Positions 43,360-60,400 of a stretch of DNA of 64,000 nucleotides are shown piece after piece. The position numbers and the translations under genes are program-made. The stretch covers positions 178,436,001 through 178,500,000 of the forward strand of contig OZ024743.1 in NCBI GenBank assembly GCA_964016885.1, in the 5' to 3' direction. A model generated the notes under the pieces. The model did not search any database and was not told the DNA's origin. It worked only from the letters and a program-made list of their open reading frames with translations. This stretch comes from Eledone cirrhosa (Eukaryota). Every line of letters begins with the position of its first letter. The stretch's first letter is position 1.

Positions 43360-45638
43360 CACACCAAGACATAATGATCGTAAGTCCAACACACCACAAC
43401 ATTATGATCGTAAGTCCAACACACCACAACATTATGATCGTAAGTACAACACACCATGACATAATGATCTTCTTAAGTCCAACACACCACAACATAATGA
43501 TCGTAAGTCCAACCAACCACACCATTATACCATAATGATCGTAAGTCCAACACACCACACCATTATGACCGTAAGTCCAACACTCCATGACATAATGAAC
43601 GTAAGTCCAACACACCACGACATAATGATCGTAAGTCAAACACACCACGACATAATGATCGCAAGTCAGACACACCATGACATTATGATCTTAAGTCCAA
43701 CACACCACACCATTATGATCGTAAGTCCAACACACCATGACATTATGAGCGTAAGTCCATCACACTACGACATTATGACCTTAAGTCCAACACACCACGA
43801 CATTGTGATCGTAAGTCAAACACACCATGACATTATGATCCTAAGTCTAACACACCATGATATTATGACCGTAAGCCTCTAAACACCACGACATAATGAT
43901 TGTAAGTCCAACACACCACGACATAATGATCGTAAGTCAAACACACGATGACATTATGACCGTAAGTCCATCACACCACGACATTATGACCGTAAATCCA
44001 ACACAGCACGACATTATGATCGTAAGTCCAACACACCATGATATTATGACCGTAAGCCCAAAACACCACGACATAGTGATCGTAAGTCAAACAAACAACG
44101 ACAAAATGATCGTAAGTCAAACACACCACACCATTATGATCGTAGGCCCAACACACCACACCATTATGATCGTAAATGTAACAGACGACACCATAATGAT
44201 CGTAAGTCCCACACACCATGACATAATGATCGTAAGTTCAACACATAACACCATTATCATCGTAAGTCAAACGCACCATGACATTATTATCTTCTTAAGT
44301 CCAACACACCACGACATAATTATCGTAAGTCCAATACACCATGACATTATGATCGTAAGTCCAAACCACCATGACGTTATGACCGTAAGTCTAACACACA
44401 TTGACATAATGACCGTAAGTCCAACACACCATGACGTTGTGATCCTAAGTCAAACACACCATGACATTATGATCGTAAGTTCAACACACCACGCCAGGTT
44501 GACCGTAAGTCCAACACACCACACCATTATGACCGTAAGTCCAACACACCATGACATAATGAACGTAAGTCCAACACACCACGACATAATGATCGTAAGT
44601 CAAACACACCACGACATAATGATCGCAAGTCAAACACACCATGACATTGTGAGCGTAAGTCCATCACACCACGACATTATGATCTTAAGTCCAACCCTCC
44701 AGACCATTATGATCGTAAGTCCAACACACCATGACATTATGAGCGTATGTCCATCACACCACGACATTATGACCGTAAGTCCAATACACCACGACATCAT
44801 GATCGTAAGTCCAACACACCATGACATAATGATCGTAAGTCAAACACACCATGATATTATGACCGTTATTCCATCACACCACGACATTATGACCGTAAGC
44901 CCAACACACCATGACATTATGATCGTAAGTCCAACACACCACGACATAATGATCGTAAGTCAAACACACCACGACATAATGATCGTAAGTCAAACACACC
45001 ATGACATTATGATCGTAAGTCAAACACACCATGACATTATGATCGTAAGTCCAACACACCAGGACATAATGATCGTAAGTCCAACACACCACACAATTAT
45101 GATCGTAGTCGAACACACCATGACATTATGACCGTAAGTCCATCACACCACGACATTATGACCGTAAGTCCAACACACCACACCATTATGATCGTAGTCC
45201 AACACACCATGACATTATGACCGTATGTCCATCACACAACGACATTATGATCGTAAGTCAAACACACCATGACATAATGATCGTAAGTCCATCACACCAC
45301 ACCATTATGATCGTAAGTCCAACACGCCACACCCTTATGATCGTAAGTCCAACACACCATGAGATAATGATCGTAATTCTAAGACATCACGACATAATGA
45401 TCGTAAGTCAAAAACACCACACCATTATGATCGTAAGTCCAACACACCACACCATAATGATCGTAAGTCCAACACACCACACCATAATGATCTTAAGTCC
45501 AACACACCACATCATAATGATCGTAAGTCCAAAACACCACGACATAATGAACGTAAGTCCAACACACTACACCATTATGATCGTAAGTCCAACACACCAC
45601 GACTTAACGATCGGAAGTCAAACACACCATGACCTAAT

Positions 45639-45815
45639 TGTTTCTACTTTAGGCACAAAGCCAGCAATTACCCAGTGTGTTACTGGTACTTTATTTTATC
45701 GACCCCGTAAGCATGAAAGGCAAAGTCAACCTGCGCGGGATTTGAACTCAGATCGTAAAGGGAAGTAACTATGCTGGAAAGCATGGCGTTCGACCCTCTA
45801 CAGATATTGCCAATC
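45639..45815 (-). mobile_element. Satellite-embedded SINE copy 12
   Basis: Duplicate of copy 11 at +2,456. Confidence 0.92.
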
Positions 45816-48800
45816 CACACCAAGACATAATGATCGTAAGTCCAACACACCACAACATTATGATCGTAAGTCCAACACACCACAACATTATGATCGTAAG
45901 TACAACACACCATGACATAATGATCTTCTTAAGTCCAACACACCACAACATAATGATCGTAAGTCCAACCAACCACACCATTATACCATAATGATCGTAA
46001 GTCCAACACACCACACCATTATGACCGTAAGTCCAACACTCCATGACATAATGAACGTAAGTCCAACACACCACGACATAATGATCGTAAGTCAAACACA
46101 CCACGACATAATGATCGCAAGTCAGACACACCATGACATTATGATCTTAAGTCCAACACACCACACCATTATGATCGTAAGTCCAACACACCATGACATT
46201 ATGAGCGTAAGTCCATCACACTACGACATTATGACCTTAAGTCCAACACACCACGACATTGTGATCGTAAGTCAAACACACCATGACATTATGATCCTAA
46301 GTCTAACACACCATGATATTATGACCGTAAGCCTCTAAACACCACGACATAATGATTGTAAGTCCAACACACCACGACATAATGATCGTAAGTCAAACAC
46401 ACGATGACATTATGACCGTAAGTCCATCACACCACGACATTATGACCGTAAATCCAACACAGCACGACATTATGATCGTAAGTCCAACACACCATGATAT
46501 TATGACCGTAAGCCCAAAACACCACGACATAGTGATCGTAAGTCAAACAAACAACGACAAAATGATCGTAAGTCAAACACACCACACCATTATGATCGTA
46601 GGCCCAACACACCACACCATTATGATCGTAAATGTAACAGACGACACCATAATGATCGTAAGTCCCACACACCATGACATAATGATCGTAAGTTCAACAC
46701 ATAACACCATTATCATCGTAAGTCAAACGCACCATGACATTATTATCTTCTTAAGTCCAACACACCACGACATAATTATCGTAAGTCCAATACACCATGA
46801 CATTATGATCGTAAGTCCAAACCACCATGACGTTATGACCGTAAGTCTAACACACATTGACATAATGACCGTAAGTCCAACACACCATGACGTTGTGATC
46901 CTAAGTCAAACACACCATGACATTATGATCGTAAGTTCAACACACCACGCCAGGTTGACCGTAAGTCCAACACACCACACCATTATGACCGTAAGTCCAA
47001 CACACCATGACATAATGAACGTAAGTCCAACACACCACGACATAATGATCGTAAGTCAAACACACCACGACATAATGATCGCAAGTCAAACACACCATGA
47101 CATTGTGAGCGTAAGTCCATCACACCACGACATTATGATCTTAAGTCCAACCCTCCAGACCATTATGATCGTAAGTCCAACACACCATGACATTATGAGC
47201 GTATGTCCATCACACCACGACATTATGACCGTAAGTCCAATACACCACGACATCATGATCGTAAGTCCAACACACCATGACATAATGATCGTAAGTCAAA
47301 CACACCATGAAATTATGACCGTTATTCCATCACACCACGACATTATGACCGTAAGCCCAACACACCACGACATTATGATCGTAAGTCCAACACACCACGA
47401 CATAATGATCGTAAGTCAAACACACCACGACATAATGATCGTAAGTCAAACACACCATGACATTATGATCGTAAGTCAAACACACCATGACATTATGATC
47501 GTAAGTCCAACACACCAGGACATAATGATCGTAAGTCCAACACACCACACAATTATGATCGTAGTCGAACACACCATGACATTATGACCGTAAGTCCATC
47601 ACACCACGACATTATGACCGTAAGTCCAACACACCACACCATTATGATCGTAGTCCAACACACCATGACATTATGACCGTATGTCCATCACACAACGACA
47701 TTATGATCGTAAGTCAAACACACCATGACATAATGATCGTAAGTCCATCACACCACACCATTATGATCGTAGGCCCAACACACCACACCATTATGATCGT
47801 AAATGTAACAGACGACACCATAATGATCGTAAGTCCCACACACCATGACATAATGATCGTAAGTTCAACACATAACACCATTATCATCGTAAGTCAAACG
47901 CACCATGACATTATTATCTTCTTAAGTCCAACACACCACGACATAATTATCGTAAGTCCAATACACCATGACATTATGATCGTAAGTCCAAACCACCATG
48001 ACGTTATGACCGTAAGTCTAACACACATTGACATAATGACCGTAAGTCCAACACACCATGACGTTGTGATCCTAAGTCAAACACACCATGACATTATGAT
48101 CGTAAGTTCAACACACCACGCCAGGTTGACCGTAAGTCCAACACACCACACCATTATGACCGTAAGTCCAACACACCATGACATAATGAACGTAAGTCCA
48201 ACACACCACGACATAATGATCGTAAGTCAAACACACCACGACATAATGATCGCAAGTCAAACACACCATGACATTGTGAGCGTAAGTCCATCACACCACG
48301 ACATTATGATCTTAAGTCCAACCCTCCAGACCATTATGATCGTAAGTCCAACACACCATGACATTATGAGCGTATGTCCATCACACCACGACATTATGAC
48401 CGTAAGTCCAATACACCACGACATCATGATCGTAAGTCCAACACACCATGACATAATGATCGTAAGTCAAACACACCATGAAATTATGACCGTTATTCCA
48501 TCACACCACGACATTATGACCGTAAGCCCAACACACCACGACATTATGATCGTAAGTCCAACACACCACGACATAATGATCGTAAGTCAAACACACCACG
48601 ACATAATGATCGTAAGTCAAACACACCATGACATTATGATCGTAAGTCAAACACACCATGACATTATGATCGTAAGTCCAACACACCAGGACATAATGAT
48701 CGTAAGTCCAACACACCACACAATTATGATCGTAGTCGAACACACCATGACATTATGACCGTAAGTCCATCACACCACGACATTATGACCGTAAGTCCAA

Positions 48801-51497
48801 CACACCACACCATTATGATCGTAGTCCAACACACCATGACATTATGACCGTATGTCCATCACACAACGACATTATGATCGTAAGTCAAACACACCATGAC
48901 ATAATGATCGTAAGTCCATCACACCACACCATTATGATCGTAAGTCCAACACGCCACACCCTTATGATCGTAAGTCCAACACACCATGAGATAATGATCG
49001 TAATTCTAAGACATCACGACATAATGATCGTAAGTCAAAAACACCACACCATTATGATCGTAAGTCCAACACACCACACCATAATGATCGTAAGTCCAAC
49101 ACACCACACCATAATGATCTTAAGTCCAACACACCACATCATAATGATCGTAAGTCCAAAACACCACGACATAATGAACGTAAGTCCAACACACCACGAA
49201 ATAATGATCGTAAGTCAAACACACCACGACATAATGATCGTAAGTCCAACACACCACACCATTATGATCTTAAGTCCAACATACCACACCATTATGATCG
49301 TATGTCCAACACGCCACACCCTTATGATCGTAAGTCCAACACACCATGAGATTATGATCGTAAGTCTAACACATCACGACATAATGATCGTAAGTCCAAA
49401 ACACCACACCATTATGATTGTCAGTCCAACACACCACATTATAATGATCGTAAGTCCAACACACCACACCATAATGATCGTAAGTCAAACACACAACGAC
49501 ATAATGATCGTAAGTCAAACACACAACGACATAATGATCGTGAGTCAAACACACGATGACATTATGATCGTAAATCTAACAGACAACACCATTATGATCG
49601 TAAGTCCAACACACCACGACATAATTATCGTAAGTCCAACACACCATGACATTATGATCCTAAGTCCAAACCATCATGACGTTATGACCGTAAGTCTAAC
49701 ACACATTGACATAATGACCGTAAGTCCAACACAACATAACATTGTGATCCTAAGTCAAACACACCATGACATTATGATCATAAGTTCAACACACCACGCC
49801 AGGTTGACCGTAAGTCCAACACACCACACCATTATGATCGTAGTCCAACACACCATGACATTATGACCGTATGTCCATCACAAAACGACGTTATGACCGT
49901 AAGTCTAAGACATCACGACATAATGATCGTAAGTCAAAAACACCACACCATTATTATCGTAAGTCCAACACACCACACCATAATGATCGTAAGTCCAACA
50001 CACCACACCATAATGATCTTAAGTCCAACACACCACACCATAATGATCGTAAGTCCAAAACACCACGACATAATGAACGTAAGTCCAACACACCACGACA
50101 TAATGATCGTAAGTCAAACACACCACGACATAATGATCGTAAGTCAAACACAACACGACATAATGATCGTAAGTCCAACACACCACACCATTATGATCGT
50201 ATGTCCAACACGCCACACCCTTATGATCGCAAGTCCAACACACCATGAGATAATGATCGTAAGTCTAACACATCACGACATAATGATCGTAAGTCCAAAA
50301 CACAACACCATTATGATTGTCAGTCCAACACACCACATTATAATGATCGTAAGTCCAACACACCACACCATAATGATCGTAAGTCAAACACACAACGACA
50401 TAATGATCGTAATTCAAACACACGATGACATTATGATCGTAAATCTAACAGACGACACCATTATGATCGTAAGTCCAACACACCACGACATAATTATCGT
50501 AAGTCCAACACACCATGACATTATGATCGTAAGTCCAAACCACCATGACGTTATGACCGTAAGTCTAACACACATTGACATAAGGACCGTAAGTCCAACA
50601 CAACATAACATTGTGATCCTAAGTCCAACACACCACAACATTATGATCGTAACTCCAACACGCCACACCCTTATGATCGTAAGTCCAACACACCATGTGA
50701 TAATGATCGTAAGTCTAAGACATCACGACATTATGATCGTAAGTCCAAAACACCACACCATTATGATCGTCAGTCCAACACACCACATTATAATGATCGT
50801 AAGTCCAACACACCAGACCATAACGATCGTAAGTCAAACACACAACGACATAATGATCGTAAGTCAAACACACCACGACATAATGATCTTAAGTCAAACA
50901 CACGATGACATTATGATCGTAAGTTCAACACATAACACCATTATCATCGTAAGTCAAACGCACCATGACATTATTATCTTCTTAAGTCCAACACACCACG
51001 ACATAATTATCGTAAGTCCAACACACCATGACGTTATGATCGTAAGTCCAAACCACCATGACGTTATGACCGTAAGTCTAACACACATTGACATAATGAC
51101 CGTAAGTCCAACACACCATAACATTGTGATCCTAAGTCAAACACACCATGACATTATGATCGTAAGTTCAACACACCAGGACATGTTGACCGTAAGTCCA
51201 ACACACCACACCATTATGACCGTAAGTCCAACACACCATGACATAATGAACGTAAGTCCAACACACCACGACATAATGATCGTAAGTCAAACACACCACG
51301 ACATAATGAACGCAAGTCCATCACACCACGACATTATGAGCGTAAGTCCAACACACCACGACGTCATGATCGTAAGTCCAACACACCATGACATAATGAT
51401 CGTAAGTCAAACACACAACACCATAATAATCGTAAGTCCAACACACCACACCATAATGATCGTAAATCCAACACACCACACCATTATGATCGTAAGT

Positions 51498-54400
51498 CCA
51501 TCATCACCGCGACATTATGACCGTAGGTCCAACACACCACGACATGACGATCGTAAGTCAAACATACCATGACATAATGATCGCAAGTCAAACACACCAT
51601 GACATTATGACCGTAAATCCAACACACCACGACATTATGATCGTAAGTCAAACACACCATGACATTACGATCCTAAGTCCAACACACCATGATATTATGA
51701 CCGTAAGCCGAAAACACCACGACATAATGATCGTAAGACCAACACACCACGACAAAATGATCGTAAGTCAAACACACCACGACATAATGATCGTAAGTCA
51801 AACACACCATGACGTTATGATCGTAAGTCCAGCACACCACGACATATTGATCGTAAGTCAAACACACCACGACATAATGATCGTAAGTCCAACACACCAC
51901 ACCATTATGAACGTAAGTCCAACACACAACACCATAATAATCGTAAGTCCAACACACCACACCATAATGATCGTAAGTCCAAAACACCACGTCATAATGA
52001 TCGTAATTCCAACACACCACGACATAATGATCGTAAGTCAAACATACCACGACATAATGATCGCAAGTCAAACACACCACGACATAATGATCGTAAGTCC
52101 AACACACCACACCATTATGATCGTAAGTCCAACACACCACACCATTATGATCGTAAGTCCAACACGCCACACCCTTATGATAGTAAGTCCAACACACCAT
52201 GAGATAATGATCGTAAGTCTAAGACATCACGACATAATGATCGTAAGTCCAAAACACCACACCGTTATGATCGTCAGTCCAACACACCACATTATAATGA
52301 TCGTAAGTCCAACACACCAGACCATAACGATCGTAAGTCAAACACACAACGACATAATGATCGTAAGTCAAACACACCACGACATAATGATCTTAAGTCA
52401 AACACACGATGACATTATGATCGTAAGTTCAACACATAACACCATTATCATCGTAAGTCAAACGCACCATGACATTATTATCTTCTTAAGTCCAACACAC
52501 CACGACATAATTATCGTAAGTCCAACACACCATGACGTTATGATCGTAAGTCCAAACCACCATGACGTTATGACCGTAAGTCTAACACACATTGACATAA
52601 TGACCGTAAGTCCAACACACCATAACATTGTGATCCTAAGTCAAACACACCATGACATTATGATCGTAAGTTCAACACACCAGGACATGTTGACCGTAAG
52701 TCCAACACACCACACCATTATGACCGTAAGTCCAACACACCATGACATAATGAACGTAAGTCCAACACACCACGACATAATGATCGTAAGTCAAACACAC
52801 CACGACATAATGAACGCAAGTCCATCACACCACGACATTATGAGCGTAAGTCCAACACACCACGACGTCATGATCGTAAGTCCAACACACCATGACATAA
52901 TGATCGTAAGTCAAACACACAACACCATAATAATCGTAAGTCCAACACACCACACCATAATGATCGTAAATCCAACACACCACACCATTATGATCGTAAG
53001 TCCATCATCACCGCGACATTATGACCGTAGGTCCAACACACCACGACATGACGATCGTAAGTCAAACATACCATGACATAATGATCGCAAGTCAAACACA
53101 CCATGACATTATGACCGTAAATCCAACACACCACGACATTATGATCGTAAGTCAAACACACCATGACATTACGATCCTAAGTCCAACACACCATGATATT
53201 ATGACCGTAAGCCGAAAACACCACGACATAATGATCGTAAGACCAACACACCACGACAAAATGATCGTAAGTCAAACACACCACGACATAATGATCGTAC
53301 GTCAAACACACCATGACGTTATGATCGTAAGTCCAGCACACCACGACATATTGATCGTAAGTCAAACACACCACGACATAATGATCGTAAGTCCAACACA
53401 CCACACCATTATGAACGTAAGTCCAACACACAACACCATAATAATCGTAAGTCCAACACACCACACCATAATGATCGTAAGTCCAAAACACCACGTCATA
53501 ATGATCGTAATTCCAACACACCACGACATAATGATCGTAAGTCAAACATACCACGACATAATGATCGCAAGTCAAACACACCACGACATAATGATCGTAA
53601 GTCCAACACACCACACCATTATGATCGTAAGTCCAACACACCACACCATTATGATCGTAAGTCCAACACGCCACACCCTTATGATAGTAAGTCCAACACA
53701 CCATGAGATAATGATCGTAAGTCTAAGACATCACGACATAATGATCGTAAGTCCAAAACACCACACCGTTATGATCGTCAGTCCAACACACCACATTATA
53801 ATGATCGTAAGTCCAACACACCAGACCATAACGATCGTAAGTCAAACACACAACGACATAATGATCGTAAGTCAAACACACCACGACATAATGATCTTAA
53901 GTCAAACACACGATGACATTATGATCGTAAGTTCAACACATAACACCATTATCATCGTAAGTCAAACGCACCATGACATTATTATCTTCTTAAGTCCAAC
54001 ACACCACGACATAATTATCGTAAGTCCAACACACCATGACGTTATGATCGTAAGTCCAAACCACCATGACGTTATGACCGTAAGTCTAACACACATTGAC
54101 ATAATGACCGTAAGTCCAACACACCATAACATTGCGATCCTAAGTCAAACACACCATGACATTATGATCGTAAGTTCAACACACCAGGACATGTTGACCG
54201 TAAGTCCAACACACCACACCATTATGACCGTAAGTCCAACACACCATGACATAATGAACGTAAGTCCAACACACCACGACATAATGATCGTAAGTCAAAC
54301 ACACCACGACATAATGAACGCAAGTCCATCACACCACGACATTATGAGCGTAAGTCCAACACACCACGACGTCATGATCGTAAGTCCAACACACCATGAC

Positions 54401-57400
54401 ATAATGATCGTAAGTCAAACACACAACACCATAATAATCGTAAGTCCAACACACCACACCATAATGATCGTAAATCCAACACACCACACCATTATGATCG
54501 TAAGTCCATCATCACCGCGACATTATGACCGTAGGTCCAACACACCACGACATGACGATCGTAAGTCAAACATACCATGACATAATGATCGCAAGTCAAA
54601 CACACCATGACATTATGACCGTAAATCCAACACACCACGACATTATGATCGTAAGTCAAACACACCATGACATTACGATCCTAAGTCCAACACACCATGA
54701 TATTATGACCGTAAGCCGAAAACACCACGACATAATGATCGTAAGACCAACACACCACGACAAAATGATCGTAAGTCAAACACACCACGACATAATGATC
54801 GTAAGTCAAACACACCATGACGTTATGATCGTAAGTCCAGCACACCACGACATATTGATCGTAAGTCAAACACACCACGACATAATGATCGTAAGTCCAA
54901 CACACCACACCATTATGAACGTAAGTCCAACACACAACACCATAATAATCGTAAGTCCAACACACCACACCATAATGATCGTAAGTCCAAAACACCACGT
55001 CATAATGATCGTAATTCCAACACACCACGACATAATGATCGTAAGTCAAACATACCACGACATAATGATCGCAAGTCAAACACACCACGACATAATGATC
55101 GTAAGTCCAACACACCACACCATTATGATCGTAAGTCCAACACACCACACCATTATGATCGTAAGTCCAACACGCCACACCCTTATGATAGTAAGTCCAA
55201 CACACCATGAGATAATGATCGTAAGTCTAAGACATCACGACATAATGATCGTAAGTCCAAAACACCACACCGTTATGATCGTCAGTCCAACACACCACAT
55301 TATAATGATCGTAAGTCCAACACACCAGACCATAACGATCGTAAGTCAAACACACAACGACATAATGATCGTAAGTCAAACACACCACAACATAATGATC
55401 TTAAGTCAAACACACGATGACATTATGATCGTAAGTTCAACACATAACACCATTATCATCGTAAGTCAAACGCACCATGAGATTATTATCTTCTTAAGTC
55501 CAACACACCACGACATAATTATCGTAAGTCCAACACACCATGAGGTTATGATCGTAAGTCCAAACCACCATGACGTTATATCCGTAAGTCTAACACACAT
55601 TGACATAATGACCGTAAGTCCAACACACCATAACATTGTGATCCTAAGTCAAACACACCATGACATTATGATCGTAAGTTCAACACACCACGACATGTTG
55701 ACCGTAAGTCCACCACACCACACCATTATGACCGTAAGTCCAACACACCATGACATAATGAACGTAAGTCCAACACACCACGACATAATGATCGTAAGTC
55801 AAACACACCACGACATAATGAACGCAAGTCCATCACACCACGACATTATGAGCGTAAGTCCAACACACCACGACGTCATGATCGTAAGTCCAACACACCA
55901 TGACATAATGATCGTAAGTCAAACACACAACACCATAATAATCGTAAGTCCAACACACCACACCATAATGATCGTAAGTCCAACACACCACAACATTATG
56001 ATCGTAAGTCCATCATCACCGCGACATTATGACCGTAGGTCCAACACACCACGACATGACGATCGTAAGTCAAACATACCATGACATAATGATCGCAAGT
56101 CAAACACACCATGACATTATGACCGTAAATCCAACACACCACGACATTATGATCGTAAGTCAAACACACCATGACATTATGATCCTAAGTCCAACACACC
56201 ATGATATTATGACCGTAAGCCGAAAACACCACGACATAATGATCGTAAGTCCAACACACCACGACAAAATGATCGTAAGTCAAACACACCACGACATAAT
56301 GATCGTAAGTCAAACACACCATGACGTTATGATCGTAAGTCCAGCACACCACGACATATTGATCGTAATTCCAACACACCACACCATTATGAACGTAAGT
56401 CCAACACACAATACCATAATAATCGTAAGTCCAACACACCACACCATAATGATCGTAAGTCCAAAACACCACGTCATAATGATCGTAATTCCAACACACC
56501 ACGACATAATGATCGTAAGTCAAACACACCACGACATAATGATCGTAAGTCAAACACACCACGACATAATGATCGTAAGTCCAACACACCACACCATTAT
56601 GATCGTAAGTCCAACACACCACACCATTATGATCGTAAGTCCAACACGCCACACCCTTATGATAGTAAGTCCAACACACCATGAGATAATGATCGTAAGT
56701 CTAAGACATCACGACATAATGATCGTAAGTCCAAAACACCACACCGTTATGATCGTCAGTCCAACACACCACATTATAATGATCGTAAGTCCAACACACC
56801 ACACCATAATGATCGTAAGTCAAACACACAACGACATAATGATCGTAAGTCAAACACACCACGACATAATGATCGTAAGTCAAACACATGATGACATTAT
56901 GATCGTAAGTCAAACACACCACACCATTATGATCGTAGGCCCAACACACCACACCATTATGATCGTAAATCTAACAGACGACTCCATTATGATCGTCAGT
57001 CCCACACACCATGACATAATGATCGTAAGTTCAACACGTAACACCATTATCATCGTAAGTCAAACGCACCATGACATTATTATATTCTTAAGTCCAACAC
57101 ACCACGACATAATTATCGTAAGTCCAACACACCATGACATTATGATCGTAAGTCCAAACCACCATGACGTTATGACCGTAAGTCTAACACACATTGACAT
57201 AATGACCGTAAGTCCAACACACCATAACATTGTGATCCTAAGTCAAACACACCATGATATTATGATCGTAAGTTTAACACACCACGGTATGTTGACCGTA
57301 AGTCCAACACACCACACCTTTATGACCGTAAGTCCAACACACCATGACACAATGAACGTAAGTCCAACACACCACGACATAATGATCGTAAGTCAAACAC

Positions 57401-60400
57401 ACCACGACATAATGATCGTAAGTCAAACACACCACGACATAATGAACGCAAGTCCAACACACCACACCATAATGATCGTAAATCCAACACACCACACCAT
57501 TATGATCGTAAGTCCATCATCACCGCGACATTATGACCGTAGGTCCAACACACCACGACATGACGATCGTAAGTCAAACATACCATGACATAATGATCGC
57601 AAGTCAAACACACCATGACATTATGACCGTAAATCCAACACACCACGACATTATGATCCTAAGTCCAACACACCATGATATTATGACCGTAAGCCGAAAA
57701 CACCACGACATAATGATCGTAAGTCCAACACACCACGACAAAATGATCGTAAGTGAAACACACCATGACATAATGATCGTAAGTCAAACACACCATGACG
57801 TTATGATCGTAAGACCAGCACACCACGACATATTGATCGTAAGTCAAACACACCACGACATAATGATCGTAAGTCCAACACACCACACCATTATGAACGT
57901 AAGTCCAACACACAAAACCATAATAATCGTAAGTCCAACACACCACACCATAATGATCGTAAGTCCAAAACACCACGTCATAATGATCGTAATTCCAACA
58001 CACCACGACATAATGATCGTAAGTCAAACACACCACGACATAATGATCGTAAGTCAAACACACCACGACATAATGATCGTAAGTCCAACACACCACACCA
58101 TTATGATCGTAAGTCCAACACACCACACCATTATGATAGTAAGTCCAACACACCATGAGATAATGATCGTAAGTCTAAGACATCACGACATAATGATCGT
58201 AAGTCCAAAACACCACACCGTTATGATCGTCAGTCCAACACACCACATTATAATGATCGTAAGTCCAACACACCACACCATAATGATCGTAAGTCAAACA
58301 CACAACGACATAATGATCGTAAGTCAAACACACCACGACATAATGATCGTAAGTCAAACACATGATGACATTATGATCGTAAGTCAAACACACCACACCA
58401 TTATGATCGTAGGCCCAACACACCACACCATTATGATCGTAAATCTAACAGACGACTCCATTATGATCGTCAGTCCCACACACCATGACATAATGATCGT
58501 AAGTTCAACACGTAACACCATTATCATCGTAAGTCAAACGCACCATGACATTATTATATTCTTAAGTCCAACACACCACGACATAATTATCGTAAGTCCA
58601 ACACACCATGACATTATGATCGTAAGTCCAAACCACCATGACGTTATGACCGTAAGTCTAACACACATTGACATAATGACCGTAAGTCCAACACACCATA
58701 ACATTGTGATCCTAAGTCAAACACACCATGATATTATGATCGTAAGTTTAACACACCACGGTATGTTGACCGTAAGTCCAACACACCACACCTTTATGAC
58801 CGTAAGTCCAACACACCATGACACAATGAACGTAAGTCCAACACACCACGACATAATGATCGTAAGTCAAACACACCACGACATAATGATCGTAAGTCAA
58901 ACACACCACGACATAATGAACGCAAGTCCAACACACCACACCATAATGATCGTAAATCCAACACACCACACCATTATGATCGTAAGTCCATCATCACCGC
59001 GACATTATGACCGTAGGTCCAACACACCACGACATGACGATCGTAAGTCAAACATACCATGACATAATGATCGCAAGTCAAACACACCATGACATTATGA
59101 CCGTAAATCCAACACACCACGACATTATGATCCTAAGTCCAACACACCATGATATTATGACCGTAAGCCGAAAACACCACGACATAATGATCGTAAGTCC
59201 AACACACCACGACAAAATGATCGTAAGTGAAACACACCATGACATAATGATCGTAAGTCAAACACACCATGACGTTATGATCGTAAGACCAGCACACCAC
59301 GACATATTGATCGTAAGTCAAACACACCACGACATAATGATCGTAAGTCCAACACACCACACCATTATGAACGTAAGTCCAACACACAAAACCATAATAA
59401 TCGTAAGTCCAACACACCACACCATAATGATCGTAAGTCCAAAACACCACGTCATAATGATCGTAATTCCAACACACCACGACATAATGATCGTAAGTCA
59501 AACACACCACGACATAATGATCGTAAGTCAAACACACCACGACATAATGATCGTAAGTCCAACACACCACACCATTATGATCGTAAGTCCAACACACCAC
59601 ACCATTATGATAGTAAGTCCAACACACCATGAGATAATGATCGTAAGTCTAAGACATCACGACATAATGATCGTAAGTCCAAAACACCACACCGTTATGA
59701 TCGTCAGTCCAACACACCACATTATAATGATCGTAAGTCCAACACACCACACCATAATGATCGTAAGTCAAACACACAACGACATAATGATCGTAAGTCA
59801 AACACACCACGACATAATGATCGTAAGTCAAACACATGATGACATTATGATCGTAAGTCAAACACACCACACCATTATGATCGTAGGCCCAACACACCAC
59901 ACCATTATGATCGTAAATCTAACAGACGACTCCATTATGATCGTCAGTCCCACACACCATGACATAATGATCGTAAGTTCAACACGTAACACCATTATCA
60001 TCGTAAGTCAAACGCACCATGACATTGTTATATTCTTCAGTCCAACACACCACGACATAATTATCGTAAGTCCAACACACCATGACATTATGATCGTAAG
60101 TCCAAACCACCATGACGTTATGACCGTAAGTCTAACACACATTGACATAATGACCGTAAGTCCAACACACCATAACATTGTGATCCTAAGTCAAACACAC
60201 CATGATATTATGATCGTAAGTTTAACACACCACGGTATGTTGACCGTAAGTCCAACACACCACACCTTTATGACCGTAAGTCCAACACACCATGACACAA
60301 TGAACGTAAGTCCAACACACCACGACATAATGATCGTAAGTCAAACACACCACGACATAATGATCGTAAGTCAAACACACCACGACATAATGAACGCAAG

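Larger units (their letters stand above)
29435..52760. repeat. 9,848-bp tandem duplication; second copy expanded by internal 2,456-bp and 1,171-bp duplications
   Basis: Offsets: 30081/39929 and 34048/43896 (9,848); 43896/46352 (2,456); 47086/48257 (1,171); 35369/48844, 36388/49863 and 38042/51517 (13,475, the sum). Confidence 0.9.
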
